A stretch of DNA of 58,293 nucleotides, from NCBI GenBank assembly GCA_900552715.1, contig USAV01000001.1, positions 1-58,293 on the forward strand, in the 5' to 3' direction. The translations under genes and the position numbers were made by a program. The stretch comes from an uncultured Veillonella sp. (GTDB lineage: Bacteria > Bacillota > Negativicutes > Veillonellales > Veillonellaceae). Positions 28,414-38,603 of this stretch are shown here, one piece after another; the stretch's first letter is position 1, and each line of letters starts with the position of its first letter. Under the pieces are notes generated by a model, which was not told the DNA's origin, did not search any database, and saw only the letters and a program-made list of their open reading frames with translations.

Positions 28414-29526
28414 ATGAGTGGGGAAGCATTATTCAAATCCATTGTTAGTGGTGAAAATCAATCCATATTAGGTGATATGGCTCGTTCTAGCTTGGGCTTT
28501 CTAAGTAAAGGTTACGAAAAGGCTGTATCCATACGAAATGCTCGCTTTGATGCGGGCAAAGGTGTTACTAAAGTTACCGTGCCTGTTATCAGTGTTGGTA
28601 ATATTACTGCCGGTGGTACTGGCAAAACGCCAATGGTGAGATTTATATGTGATGTACTTGCCCGAAAAGGACTTCATCCTACCGTGCTTAGCCGTGGCTA
28701 TCGAGCTGAGGACAATAAGAAAAATATCATTATTTCTAAAGACGGTACGATGTTAGTAGAGCCATCTATTAGTGGTGATGAAGCATGGCTATTGGCTAAA
28801 GTATTGCAAAAATCTAATGTAATTATCGGCCGCGAACGGGCTATATCAGCAGAAATTGCTATTAATGAACTCGGTGCAGACTGTCTTGTTATGGATGATG
28901 GTTTTCAACATCGTGCATTAGCTCGAGATATTGATATCGTTCTTATTGATGCATCTAATCCATTTGGTTATGACCATGTATTGCCTCGCGGTTTATTGCG
29001 CGAGCCTCTTAGTGGGTTAGAGCGAGCTAATATTATTGTTCTCACAAAGGTTGATCAAGTGGCGCCTGGTGTTGTTTCCGGAATTCGTAAGCGTTTAGCG
29101 CATATGTTACCTAATACACCTGTATATGAAACAATCCACAAGCCTCAATGTATGTATACCTTAGAAGAGTGGGCTAATGGAGAACCTGGTTCTTCTATCG
29201 ATGCATATCAAGAGCATCGTATTATGGCTGTTAGTGGTATTGGGAATCCTCAATCCTTTACACAAACGATGACAGACATTGGGTACAATGTTGTTCATAC
29301 AATGCCTTTTGGTGATCATCATAATTTTGAAAATGATGATGTTGTAGATATTTGGAAAGAGGCATTTGCTCATCAAGCGGATGCTATTTGTATCACTGAA
29401 AAAGATGCGGTGAAACTAAGTCAATTGCATGCAATTGAAGACTTAAAAATACCGATTCTAGTGCTATCTATTGGAATTGAATTTGTCGCTGAAAAGCAAG
29501 AATTCATAGAAAATTTAGAGATTTAG
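28414..29526 (+). CDS. lpxK: Tetraacyldisaccharide 4'-kinase
   Basis: SVGNITAGGTGKTP, SRGY, DDGFQH, GLLREP, TEKDAVK. Confidence 0.96.
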   Translation: MSGEALFKSIVSGENQSILGDMARSSLGFLSKGYEKAVSIRNARFDAGKGVTKVTVPVISVGNITAGGTGKTPMVRFICDVLARKGLHPTVLSRGYRAEDNKKNIIISKDGTMLVEPSISGDEAWLLAKVLQKSNVIIGRERAISAEIAINELGADCLVMDDGFQHRALARDIDIVLIDASNPFGYDHVLPRGLLREPLSGLERANIIVLTKVDQVAPGVVSGIRKRLAHMLPNTPVYETIHKPQCMYTLEEWANGEPGSSIDAYQEHRIMAVSGIGNPQSFTQTMTDIGYNVVHTMPFGDHHNFENDDVVDIWKEAFAHQADAICITEKDAVKLSQLHAIEDLKIPILVLSIGIEFVAEKQEFIENLEI

Positions 29527-29570
29527 TGTATAATAATAAGATACACGAATGACAGAAATGGGGTTTTATT

Positions 29571-30302
29571 GTGAAGTTTGGATGCGTTATTCCTGCTCGT
29601 TATGGTTCTACAAGATTACCAGGGAAACCATTAGCGGATATTGCGGGCAAACCAATGATTGAACGGGTTTATGCAAGGGTATCACAAGCGACAAAAACAG
29701 AATGTACTATTGTTGCTACAGATGATGACCGTGTTTATTCTGCAGTTCAAAACTTTGGGGGAGCTGTTATGATGACAGATCCTAATCACCCTACTGGAAC
29801 TGACCGATTAGCAGAGGTTGCTAGTCATTATACAGACTTAGATGTCATTATTAATGTTCAAGGTGATGAACCTATGATTGAGCCAAAGCTCATTGATAAC
29901 TTGGCCCAACTTTTTGAAGAAGATCCAAACTTACAGATGGCAACTGTTGCGACTCCTTTATTAGAGGATGAATACGATGAGCCATCTGCAGTAAAGGTTA
30001 TTTTAAATAATCGCAATGATGCGATGTATTTTTCTCGGTCCTTAATCCCGTATCCACGTCATGATTTTGTACGTGCTCCACTAAAACATATTGGTATCTA
30101 TGCATATCGTAGAGATTTCTTGCTAAATTATGCAAAGATGGAACCAACACCAGCAGAGCAAACAGAATCATTAGAGCAATTGCGCGCTCTTGAAAATGGC
30201 TATACTATTCGTGTTATTCTTACAGATAAACGATTTATCGGTGTTGATACACCGGAAGACTTAGCTCGTGTAAATGCAATCTACGAGCAAAAGGAGAAAT
30301 AA
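29571..30302 (+). CDS. kdsB: CMP-Kdo synthetase
   Basis: IPARYGSTRLPGKPL, NVQGDEP, ESLEQLRALENG. Confidence 0.97.
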   Translation: MKFGCVIPARYGSTRLPGKPLADIAGKPMIERVYARVSQATKTECTIVATDDDRVYSAVQNFGGAVMMTDPNHPTGTDRLAEVASHYTDLDVIINVQGDEPMIEPKLIDNLAQLFEEDPNLQMATVATPLLEDEYDEPSAVKVILNNRNDAMYFSRSLIPYPRHDFVRAPLKHIGIYAYRRDFLLNYAKMEPTPAEQTESLEQLRALENGYTIRVILTDKRFIGVDTPEDLARVNAIYEQKEK

Positions 30303-31121
30303 ATGAAAACAGTTCAAATTAAAGATATTACAGTTGGTGGCGGCAAAGGTCTTTTTGTCCTTGCTGGGCCATGTGTTATTGAAGATTATGATCGCACATT
30401 GGCTATTGGTAAACGCGCAAAAGAAATTTGTGAACGCTTAGGTATTCCATATATCTTCAAAGCTTCTTTTGATAAGGCCAATCGCTCTAGCTACGGCTCT
30501 TTCCGCGGACCTGGCCTTGAAGAAGGTCTAAAAATCCTTGCTTCTATTAAAAAGGAACTCAATGTACCGGTGGTAAGTGATATTCACTCCATTGAACAAA
30601 TTGAACCGGCTGCAGAAGTATTGGATGTTTTACAAATTCCAGCATTCTTATGTCGTCAAACTGACCTTGTATACGGCGCCGCTAAAACTGGTAAATGCGT
30701 AAATGTAAAAAAAGGTCAATTTATGGCACCTAAGGATATGGAAAATGTCCTAAATAAAATGAAAGAAACAGGCAATGAAAATCTTATGCTTACAGAACGT
30801 GGATTTAGCTTTGGCTATAATAATCTCGTTGTGGATATGAGATCTTTCCCTATTATGCGTTCCTTTGACTATCCTGTAGTCTTTGATGCTACACATAGTG
30901 TTCAATTACCAGGTGGTGCAGGTACAAAATCCAGTGGTAATCGCGAGTTCGTACCAAACTTGGCTCGCGCTGCTGTTGCCAGTGGTGTAGATGGTCTGTT
31001 CTTTGAAGTACATGATAATCCAGAGGAAGCATTATCCGATGGACCAAACATGTTATACTTAGATAATTTTGAAGCTTTGCTAAAAGATTTAGTAGCTATT
31101 GATAAAATCGTAAAAGGTTAG
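30303..31121 (+). CDS. kdsA: Kdo-8-phosphate synthase
   Basis: AGPCVIE, KASFDKANRSS, FDATHSVQ. Confidence 0.97.
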   Translation: MKTVQIKDITVGGGKGLFVLAGPCVIEDYDRTLAIGKRAKEICERLGIPYIFKASFDKANRSSYGSFRGPGLEEGLKILASIKKELNVPVVSDIHSIEQIEPAAEVLDVLQIPAFLCRQTDLVYGAAKTGKCVNVKKGQFMAPKDMENVLNKMKETGNENLMLTERGFSFGYNNLVVDMRSFPIMRSFDYPVVFDATHSVQLPGGAGTKSSGNREFVPNLARAAVASGVDGLFFEVHDNPEEALSDGPNMLYLDNFEALLKDLVAIDKIVKG

Positions 31122-31133
31122 GGGCGGTTATTT

Positions 31134-32105
31134 GTGACTATTTTAGAACAAGCGGCACAGGTGCTTCATGAGGAAGCACGTGCTATTGAAGAATTAAGTT
31201 CTCGTTTGGATCACAATTTTGTAAATGCTGTAAATATGATTTTGGCTTGTAAGGGCCGTGTAGTATGTACAGGGATGGGTAAATCTGGCCATATTGGTCG
31301 TAAAATTGCGGCTACTTTGGCTAGTACTGGTACACCAGCACTTTTCATGCATCCTGGTGAAGGTGTGCATGGCGATCTAGGTATGATTACAGAAGATGAT
31401 GTAGTATTAGCATTCTCCAATAGTGGTGAAACAGGCGAAATCATCAGTATCTTGCCATCCTTACGTCGCATTGGTGCTAAATTAATCTGCGTTGTAGGGA
31501 AACCAGAGTCTACACTAGCTAAGAATTCTGATATTGTATTACTAGCTGAAGTAGAACGTGAAGCTTGCCCATTAGGATTGGCGCCGACTACAAGTACTAC
31601 AGTTGCATTGGCACTTGGTGATGCATTAGCAGTTTGCTTATTAGAACGCCATCACTTTACACCGGAAAACTTTGCCGTATTTCATCCGGGTGGTTCTCTT
31701 GGTCGCAAATTATTGTTGACCGTAGAAAACATTATGCATGGTGGTGAAGATAATCCAACGGTATTCAAAGGTGCAACCGTTCGAGATGCTCTCTTTGTGA
31801 TGACAGAAAAAGGATTGGGAGCGACCAATGTTATTGATGAAGAAGGTCATTTGTTAGGCCTTGTTACTGATGGGGATGTTCGTCGTGGTCTAGATTCTGG
31901 CAGTAATTTCCTAGAATGGCCTGTAGAGGATATGATGACATCTATGCCTCGTACGATTACAAAGGATAAATTAGCGGCGGAAGCTCTTCATTTAATGGAG
32001 AAAAATCAACCGCGCCCTATTACTGTATTACCAGTTGTAGATACAGATAATAAATGTCTAGGCATTGTTCATATTACGGATTTATTGCGTAGAGGCATTG
32101 TATAA
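31134..32105 (+). CDS. kdsD: Arabinose-5-phosphate isomerase (SIS + 2 CBS)
   Basis: GMGKSGHIG, HGDLG, APTTST, FHPGGSLG. Confidence 0.95.
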   Translation: MTILEQAAQVLHEEARAIEELSSRLDHNFVNAVNMILACKGRVVCTGMGKSGHIGRKIAATLASTGTPALFMHPGEGVHGDLGMITEDDVVLAFSNSGETGEIISILPSLRRIGAKLICVVGKPESTLAKNSDIVLLAEVEREACPLGLAPTTSTTVALALGDALAVCLLERHHFTPENFAVFHPGGSLGRKLLLTVENIMHGGEDNPTVFKGATVRDALFVMTEKGLGATNVIDEEGHLLGLVTDGDVRRGLDSGSNFLEWPVEDMMTSMPRTITKDKLAAEALHLMEKNQPRPITVLPVVDTDNKCLGIVHITDLLRRGIV

Positions 32106-32626
32106 TGAATATTCAATGGATTGTTCTTGATGTTGATGGCGTACTATCTGATGGAACTCTAATCTATACATCGAGTGGAGAAGAGCTTAAGTCTTTTTCT
32201 GTGAAAGATGGCCTAGGATTAACGGCAGCTCGAAAAGCAGGACTTAAGCTTGCAATCATTACAGCACGGATATCTCCTATGGTAGAGCGACGTGCTAAAG
32301 AGCTTCATTTTGATGCACTGCTTATGGGGCATGCCAATAAAACAGAAGCATTAAGAAATCTTTGTAAAGAGCATCAAATCAATTTAGAGGAAATTGCCTA
32401 TATGGGGGATGACTTAAATGATTTAGGGGCTCTTCAAATTGTAGGACTACCGATGGCACCCAATAATGCGGTACCGGAGGTCAAACAATTAGCTAAATTT
32501 ATATCTACCGTCAATGGAGGCCACGGTGCCGTTAGAGAGGCTGTAGAATATATCTTGAAGAAACAAGGACTATGGGAAACTGTTGTAGCAGATTATGCAC
32601 GAGAGGCCCATGCTCATGGACAATAA
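32105..32626 (+). CDS. kdsC: Kdo-8-phosphate phosphatase
   Basis: DVDGVLSDG, KDGLG, MGDDLND, GGHGAVRE. Confidence 0.95.
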   Translation: MNIQWIVLDVDGVLSDGTLIYTSSGEELKSFSVKDGLGLTAARKAGLKLAIITARISPMVERRAKELHFDALLMGHANKTEALRNLCKEHQINLEEIAYMGDDLNDLGALQIVGLPMAPNNAVPEVKQLAKFISTVNGGHGAVREAVEYILKKQGLWETVVADYAREAHAHGQ

Positions 32627-32639
32627 GGAGGTGGGCAGA

Positions 32640-33572
32640 ATGAATAACGAATGGCAATACCATTTAGTTAAAGGTATTAGCTGGCTTGTTTGCCGACTGC
32701 CATACAAGCTCATTTTGCTCATAGGCGCTAGTTTAGGGCCAGTATATGGCCTCATAGCGAAGAAGCAAAAACTTAGAGGTATAAAAAATATAAAGATTGG
32801 CATGAACATGAATGATCAAGAGGCAGAGCAATTAATTGAAAAATTGTTCAAGAATCTTGGCCGTAGTGTTATGGAAGTCTTATATATGCCAAATCTGACA
32901 AAGTCCTTTATCAATAAACATATTGAAATGCGAGGCGTAGAACATTTAGAGAAAGCCATCGCTGAAGATAAAGGTGTCATTGTTCTTACTGGACATGTTG
33001 GCAACTGGGAATGGATGGGGGCTGCCATGGCTGCTCATGGATATCCATCTACTACAATTGTTAAGAAACAACCTAATGCACAATTTACACGTCTCATGAA
33101 TGAATATCGTGAGATGGTAGGGCTTGATGTATTTGCTAGTGGTGGCAACGAAATCGTTTCTGCTGCTAAGGCTTTAAAAAAGAAAAAATTACTTGGTTTT
33201 TTAGCTGACCAAGATGGTTATATTAATGGTTTACCTGTTCCGTTTTTGGGGCAGGACTCTTCAGCGGTCATAGGACCAGCTACATTTGCAAAAAAATTTG
33301 GCTCTCCAGTAGTTCCAATTTTTGCATCTCGTAAGCCTGAAGGTGGTCATATTGTACATATTTTACCAGCCTTACATTATGTTGATACAGGTGATGAAGA
33401 TGTAGATATGTACCGTTTGACTGAAGAATGTGTACGCGTTACGGAAGAATTTATTAAGGAACATCCAGATGAGTGGCTATGGTTCCAACATCGTTGGATG
33501 ACTAAGATGGATCAAATTATTGATTATGATAAGAAGGTAGCTGCACGGGAGAGGGCACATGAAAAACAATAA
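32640..33572 (+). CDS. Lipid A late (LpxL-family) acyltransferase 2
   Basis: HVGNWE, LADQD, VPFLG, PDEWLWFQHRW. RBS AAGGAGG favours ATG 32640. Confidence 0.9.
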   Translation: MNNEWQYHLVKGISWLVCRLPYKLILLIGASLGPVYGLIAKKQKLRGIKNIKIGMNMNDQEAEQLIEKLFKNLGRSVMEVLYMPNLTKSFINKHIEMRGVEHLEKAIAEDKGVIVLTGHVGNWEWMGAAMAAHGYPSTTIVKKQPNAQFTRLMNEYREMVGLDVFASGGNEIVSAAKALKKKKLLGFLADQDGYINGLPVPFLGQDSSAVIGPATFAKKFGSPVVPIFASRKPEGGHIVHILPALHYVDTGDEDVDMYRLTEECVRVTEEFIKEHPDEWLWFQHRWMTKMDQIIDYDKKVAARERAHEKQ

Positions 33573-34095
33573 AAAATTAATTGCCATTGTGGCCGCTATA
33601 GTGTTGGCTCTGATTGGTCTTATCGTATATATTATGAAAGACTCTGGTGATGTTAGTACCACTCAAAATCAGAATGGACAACTTGTTAACTTCCAAGGAG
33701 CTGACTTACAAGAGGAAAAAGATGGCAAGCTAGTGTGGGCTTTATCAGCTGAAAAGATTGAATATGACCCACGTACAAAAGCTATTGTCCTGACTAATTT
33801 AAAAGGTCTTTTCTATCAAGATGATGTTACGACAACAATTACAGCACCTCATGCCGTATTGACAGGCGATCGTAATTCCCTCGATATTGATCAAGGCGTT
33901 ACCGCCACTAATACTGATGGTGCTGAGTTTAAAACCGATGCACTTCATTTTGATAATAAAACAAAAACGTTGACATCTAAATCTGCTTTTACTTATAACA
34001 GTAAAGATATAACATTAACTGGTGATAAACTTGAAGGCAACATGTCCTTGAAGAAAATTAAAGCTATTGGTAATGCGAAGTTAACGAAGAAGTAA
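33559..34095 (+). CDS. lptC: LPS export protein LptC
   Basis: Single N-terminal TM helix plus beta-jellyroll; located upstream of lptA-lptB. Confidence 0.85.
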   Translation: MKNNKKLIAIVAAIVLALIGLIVYIMKDSGDVSTTQNQNGQLVNFQGADLQEEKDGKLVWALSAEKIEYDPRTKAIVLTNLKGLFYQDDVTTTITAPHAVLTGDRNSLDIDQGVTATNTDGAEFKTDALHFDNKTKTLTSKSAFTYNSKDITLTGDKLEGNMSLKKIKAIGNAKLTKK

Positions 34096-34109
34096 TGCGA
34101 GGAAATATA

Positions 34110-34829
34110 ATGAATAAGAAAAAACAGATTGGTATGGCTATCTTAGCTATGCTTATGACTGCATCTGTTACAGCTTGGGCCGCAAATGATCCTTTGACTA
34201 TTAGCGCGGATACATTATCTTATGATGGCAATACAGGGCGTGCTGATGCAAATGGTAATGTGGTAATTACACAAGCTGATAAAACAATGACTGGTGCTAA
34301 TGGTTGGTACAACACAAAAACTCAAGAAGCAAACCTTGATGGTGGCGTATCCATGATTGGTTCTGATATGGCTATGTCTGCTCAATCAGTGCATAGCTAC
34401 AATAACAATAAGTTCATTGCTGATGGTGGTGTTCATTTACAACGTAGTGATCGTCAAATTTTCGGTGATAAAGTTGAATACAATACAGATACAGAATATG
34501 GCCTTGTATCTGGTAACGCTCGCTTGATTGCAGAAGGTACTACATTGACAGGTAATCAAGTAGAAGGTTGGCTAAAAGAAATTCGTGCAGTGGCACAAGG
34601 GGATGTGACATTCTCTAACCCAGAACGAAATGTATCTGGCTCTGCAGAACGTGCTACTTATACACAAACACCAAATCAAAATGATGGCGTTGTACTTTTA
34701 TCTGGTTCTGCTCATGCTGTTCAAAACGGTAATGTGCTCAATGCACCAGAGCTTAAAATCCGTCTTGCCGATGATTCTGCTGAAACATTAGGTGGCCGTA
34801 GTACACTTATCATTGTTCCAAATCAATAA
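34110..34829 (+). CDS. lptA: LptA/OstA beta-jellyroll periplasmic protein
   Basis: Signal peptide (AWA), 'ISADTLSY...ANGNVVITQ' OstA repeats. Confidence 0.85.
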   Translation: MNKKKQIGMAILAMLMTASVTAWAANDPLTISADTLSYDGNTGRADANGNVVITQADKTMTGANGWYNTKTQEANLDGGVSMIGSDMAMSAQSVHSYNNNKFIADGGVHLQRSDRQIFGDKVEYNTDTEYGLVSGNARLIAEGTTLTGNQVEGWLKEIRAVAQGDVTFSNPERNVSGSAERATYTQTPNQNDGVVLLSGSAHAVQNGNVLNAPELKIRLADDSAETLGGRSTLIIVPNQ

Positions 34830-34838
34830 GGATTAAAT

Positions 34839-35558
34839 ATGTATATAGAAACCAAAAACTTAGTCAAAACCTTTAACGGGCGCAATGTAGTAGACGGGGT
34901 TAGTCTACGCGTTGATAAGGGGCAAGTCGTTGGGCTCCTAGGTCCTAATGGGGCAGGGAAAACTACATCATTCTATATGATTGTAGGCATTGAACGACCT
35001 AGTTCTGGTATCATTACCGTTGATGGCAAGGATATTACGAATATTCCAATGTATAAACGCGCTGCTGAAGGTATTGGGTATCTTCCACAAGAGGCATCAA
35101 TCTTTCGTTCTATGACCGTTGAGGATAATATTCGTGCAATGTTACAAACAACATCAAAGAAATCTGATGAAATTGAAGCTATAGTGGAATCCCTCATTGA
35201 AGAATTTCATATTGGTCATGTTCGGGAGCGTATGGGGATGCAGCTATCTGGTGGTGAACGCCGTCGTGTAGAAATCGCTCGTTGCCTTGCATTAGAACCG
35301 AATTTTATTCTTCTCGATGAACCTTTTGCTGGTGTCGATCCTATAGCGGTTGCTGACATTCAACAAATTATTTTACATGTTAAAAATCGAGGTATTGGCA
35401 TCTTGATTACAGACCACAATGTACGTGAAACATTGGGGATTGTAGACAAGGCGTATATTTTGAGTAGTGGTAAAATCCTCCTAGAAGGTACCCCTGAAGA
35501 AATCGCGAACAATCCAATTGCTCGTGAGCATTACTTAGGGGATAACTTTAGATTATAG
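34839..35558 (+). CDS. lptB: LPS export ABC ATPase
   Basis: [50 protein letters not shown]. Confidence 0.97.
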   Translation: MYIETKNLVKTFNGRNVVDGVSLRVDKGQVVGLLGPNGAGKTTSFYMIVGIERPSSGIITVDGKDITNIPMYKRAAEGIGYLPQEASIFRSMTVEDNIRAMLQTTSKKSDEIEAIVESLIEEFHIGHVRERMGMQLSGGERRRVEIARCLALEPNFILLDEPFAGVDPIAVADIQQIILHVKNRGIGILITDHNVRETLGIVDKAYILSSGKILLEGTPEEIANNPIAREHYLGDNFRL

Positions 35559-35567
35559 GAGGGGACT

Positions 35568-36659
35568 ATGAGATTATTAGATAAATATATACTAAAAGCC
35601 TTTGTAGGCCCGTTCCTATTTGGGGTATTTGCTTTTACCAGCATCTTTATTGGTACGGGCACATTGTTTAGAATTGCTCAATATATTACTGAATATGGGG
35701 CTCCATTATTGCTTGTTATGAAAGCCTTTGTATTGGCTTTACCAAGCATTGTTATCTTAACATTCCCTATGTCAGTTTTATTGGCTTCTCTTATGACATT
35801 TAGTCGTTTGAGTAGCACCAGTGAAATTGTTGTTATGCGTGCCGGTGGCCTTAGCTTTTTACGTTTAGCGATGCCGGTATACATCATCGCTCTCATCATC
35901 TCAATTGGGGCTGTCGCATTTAATGAATTTGTTGTACCACGTACAAATAATATGTATCAAACAATTGTACGGGAACAGATTATGAAAAATGCATCACCTC
36001 AAACACAAAATCATATCGTTTTAAAAACAATGAATGGTAATGATTTGGGTACATTGATGTATGCTAAAAGCTACAATGCAGAGACTAAACAGTTAAGTAT
36101 GATTACGGTGCAACAATTTGGTGAAGGTGGCAAGTTACAACAGGTTGAAAATGCAGATACTGCCGTTTGGAATGGTCAATATTGGGTGATGCAAAACGGC
36201 ATCATTTATGATATTTCCGCCGGTGATGGTGTAGAACGTACTATGAAATTTAAGGAGCAGTCCTTGCCAATTAAATCTGCACCAAAGGATATTCAACAAG
36301 ATCAACGTAAACCAGAAGAATTAACAATCAAGGAATTACGTCATCAAATTAAAGCGTATAAGGCGGCGTATACGAATGCAAATAAACTAGAAATGGAAAT
36401 GTACCAACGTTTTACAATTCCATTAGCTAGCTTTGTATTTGCTCTTGTAGGTGCTCCATTAGGCCTTCAAAAACAACGCTCTAGCTCATCTATTGGCTTT
36501 GGTATTAGTATTTTAATCATCTTTATCTACTATGGGGTGATGACATTTGCTGGTGCATTAGGTAAAGGTGGGGCATTGCCGACTGTATTTGCTGCATTAA
36601 TTCCAGATACATTAGGTATCATTGCAGGTTTATATTTAAATTGGCGTGTATCCAAGTAA
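35568..36659 (+). CDS. LptF/LptG-family LPS export permease (single copy)
   Basis: MRLLDKYI, RLSSTSEIVVMRAGGLS, GAPLG; 3+3 TM helices around a periplasmic domain. Confidence 0.92.
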   Translation: MRLLDKYILKAFVGPFLFGVFAFTSIFIGTGTLFRIAQYITEYGAPLLLVMKAFVLALPSIVILTFPMSVLLASLMTFSRLSSTSEIVVMRAGGLSFLRLAMPVYIIALIISIGAVAFNEFVVPRTNNMYQTIVREQIMKNASPQTQNHIVLKTMNGNDLGTLMYAKSYNAETKQLSMITVQQFGEGGKLQQVENADTAVWNGQYWVMQNGIIYDISAGDGVERTMKFKEQSLPIKSAPKDIQQDQRKPEELTIKELRHQIKAYKAAYTNANKLEMEMYQRFTIPLASFVFALVGAPLGLQKQRSSSSIGFGISILIIFIYYGVMTFAGALGKGGALPTVFAALIPDTLGIIAGLYLNWRVSK

Positions 36660-36746
36660 CCTAGTATATAAAGAAATAAATTTGACTTACGAAATATAAT
36701 ATTTTTGAACTAAATAATTGTGTAATTTTAGGAAAGGAGGGACTCG

Positions 36747-37961
36747 ATGTTAGTAGGTGTTAAAATATTAGTTATTATCGCCCTTATGGGTGGACTTATT
36801 GCCTACATGGGGGATAAGTTAGGCACCAAAGTTGGTAAGCGTCGCATGTCCCTCTTTGGATTAAGGCCTAAGCATACATCGATTATTGTTACTATCGTAA
36901 CAGGTTTATTAGTTGCTGCTGCTACAGTAGGGGTATTAACCATTACTTCTCAAAGTGTAAGAACAGCACTTTTTGGGATGGATCAGTTGCGAGCGGATAT
37001 GAAGCAACTCAATGATGAGGTGGCTGCTAAGACGCAAGAGCTCATTCGAGGACAAGCATTGCTTGAGCAAAATAAGCAAGAACTAGCAGAACGAATGGCT
37101 GAAATAGAGCAAATTCGCAGTGAGGTTGAAGCTACCAAGGCGGAGTTAGCTAGTGCGCAAGCTGCCAAAGATGCTACTGAAGCTGAGTTAGCAACACTTC
37201 AAGCCTCATATGATGAAGTATCTAAAAAGTTAGCTGACTTAGAAGCTACAAGAGCTAAGATGGAAGCTCATATTAAGGATTTACAAGCAACGCAAGAACA
37301 ATTGCAAAATGGCATTATTCATTTGCGTGAAGGGACTATTCTTTTCCAAGTTGATCAATTATTGGCACAAGCCGTTGTTCGACCTGGGTTAAGTGAAGAA
37401 GATAGTCAAGCAGCCATCAAAAATATTATTGATGACACCAATAAATTGGTACTACGTCGCTTAGGTATTGAAGATCAAGGGCAAGCTGTTGTGTATGTAG
37501 ACCGTCAAAATATTGAGGTGGCTACACAAAAGCTTAATAGTGCAAAGACTCCTATGGTCGTTCAAGTTGTAGCGGCTGGAAATATCATTGCTGGCGAACC
37601 TGCAGTGGCTGTTATCCAAGTATATCCACAACAATTTATTTATAAAAATGGAGAAGTAATCCATTCTGCCGTAATGGATGGTGGGCCTAATGCTCAATCA
37701 GCTATGCTTCAATTCTTGAAGCAAGTAAATGAAAAGGCGAGAGCGAAAGGCATAATTCCAGATTCCTTATCTGGTGATATCGGAACGATACCAGGGGATG
37801 ATTTGTTTACGGCTATTCGTCGCATTGCTACAATACATGGCAAGGTTCATGTGGAAGCGTATGTTGATGGTGATACATATTCATCTGGTCCTGTACATCT
37901 TAAGTTACGTATTACTCAAATGCCTGTTTTTAATGATAAGGCTAAAATGCCAGCTTATTAA
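36747..37961 (+). CDS. DUF3084-like membrane-anchored coiled-coil protein
   Basis: GGLIAYMGDKLGTKVGKRRMSLFGLRPKHT N-terminus, 2 TM helices, ~110-aa coiled coil. Confidence 0.8.
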   Translation: MLVGVKILVIIALMGGLIAYMGDKLGTKVGKRRMSLFGLRPKHTSIIVTIVTGLLVAAATVGVLTITSQSVRTALFGMDQLRADMKQLNDEVAAKTQELIRGQALLEQNKQELAERMAEIEQIRSEVEATKAELASAQAAKDATEAELATLQASYDEVSKKLADLEATRAKMEAHIKDLQATQEQLQNGIIHLREGTILFQVDQLLAQAVVRPGLSEEDSQAAIKNIIDDTNKLVLRRLGIEDQGQAVVYVDRQNIEVATQKLNSAKTPMVVQVVAAGNIIAGEPAVAVIQVYPQQFIYKNGEVIHSAVMDGGPNAQSAMLQFLKQVNEKARAKGIIPDSLSGDIGTIPGDDLFTAIRRIATIHGKVHVEAYVDGDTYSSGPVHLKLRITQMPVFNDKAKMPAY

Positions 37962-37990
37962 ATTGAATAGTATTTTGGTTTATATACTTT

Positions 37991-38033
37991 AAACGAAGGT
38001 CTTATGTAAATTTTTACATAAGACCTTCGTTTT
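37991..38033 (+). terminator. Near-perfect palindrome / terminator
   Basis: AAACGAAGGTCTTATGTAAA-TT-TTTACATAAGACCTTCGTTT. Confidence 0.75.
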
Positions 38034-38075
38034 GTGTTAAAATATAAATGCTGTATTAGAAATGAGGATAGTAAT

Positions 38076-38603
38076 ATGACTGATACTACGTACATTTTGG
38101 CTGTAGATCCAGGCAATGAAAAAACAGGTGTAGCAATTGTGACACCTTCTGGTACTATGGTATGTCGTAAAATTATTATGACAAAACAGTTCAATGGTGA
38201 AATTGAACGTACATTAACTGAATATTATGGTATTGTTCATATCGTATGTGGAAATGGTACAAATCATAAATATTTATATCCATCTCTCCAACAAATTGGA
38301 CGAAATCACAGAATCACTACTAGCTTAATTGATGAATCGCATAGCACAGAGGAGGCTCGTAAATTATATTGGAAATATAATCCTCCTACAGGATGGCGTA
38401 AGATTATCCCTACATCTATGCAATTTCCACCAGAGCCAGTAGATGATTTAACAGCCTTTGTTATTGGCTTACGGTATACAAAACAGTTACGTCAAGCTGC
38501 TAATGATATGCAAGGGGACATCATAGACGCTAGTGAGTTAGAAGAAAAGAGATTACATGCTATGGAGCAGTTGTACGGTAAAGGAGAAGTGCATGACAAA
38601 TAA
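38076..38603 (+). CDS. YqgF/RuvX-like RNase H-fold protein
   Basis: ILAVDPGNEKTGVA, GNGT, IDESHSTEEAR, PVDDLTA. RBS GAGGA at 38064. Confidence 0.8.
   Translation: MTDTTYILAVDPGNEKTGVAIVTPSGTMVCRKIIMTKQFNGEIERTLTEYYGIVHIVCGNGTNHKYLYPSLQQIGRNHRITTSLIDESHSTEEARKLYWKYNPPTGWRKIIPTSMQFPPEPVDDLTAFVIGLRYTKQLRQAANDMQGDIIDASELEEKRLHAMEQLYGKGEVHDK

Noticed and set aside
38034..38075. Longer ORF-track starts (38034, 38557, 32595, 8169, 44014, 52651)
   Set aside because: Downstream starts have properly spaced RBS motifs and fit family N-termini better.
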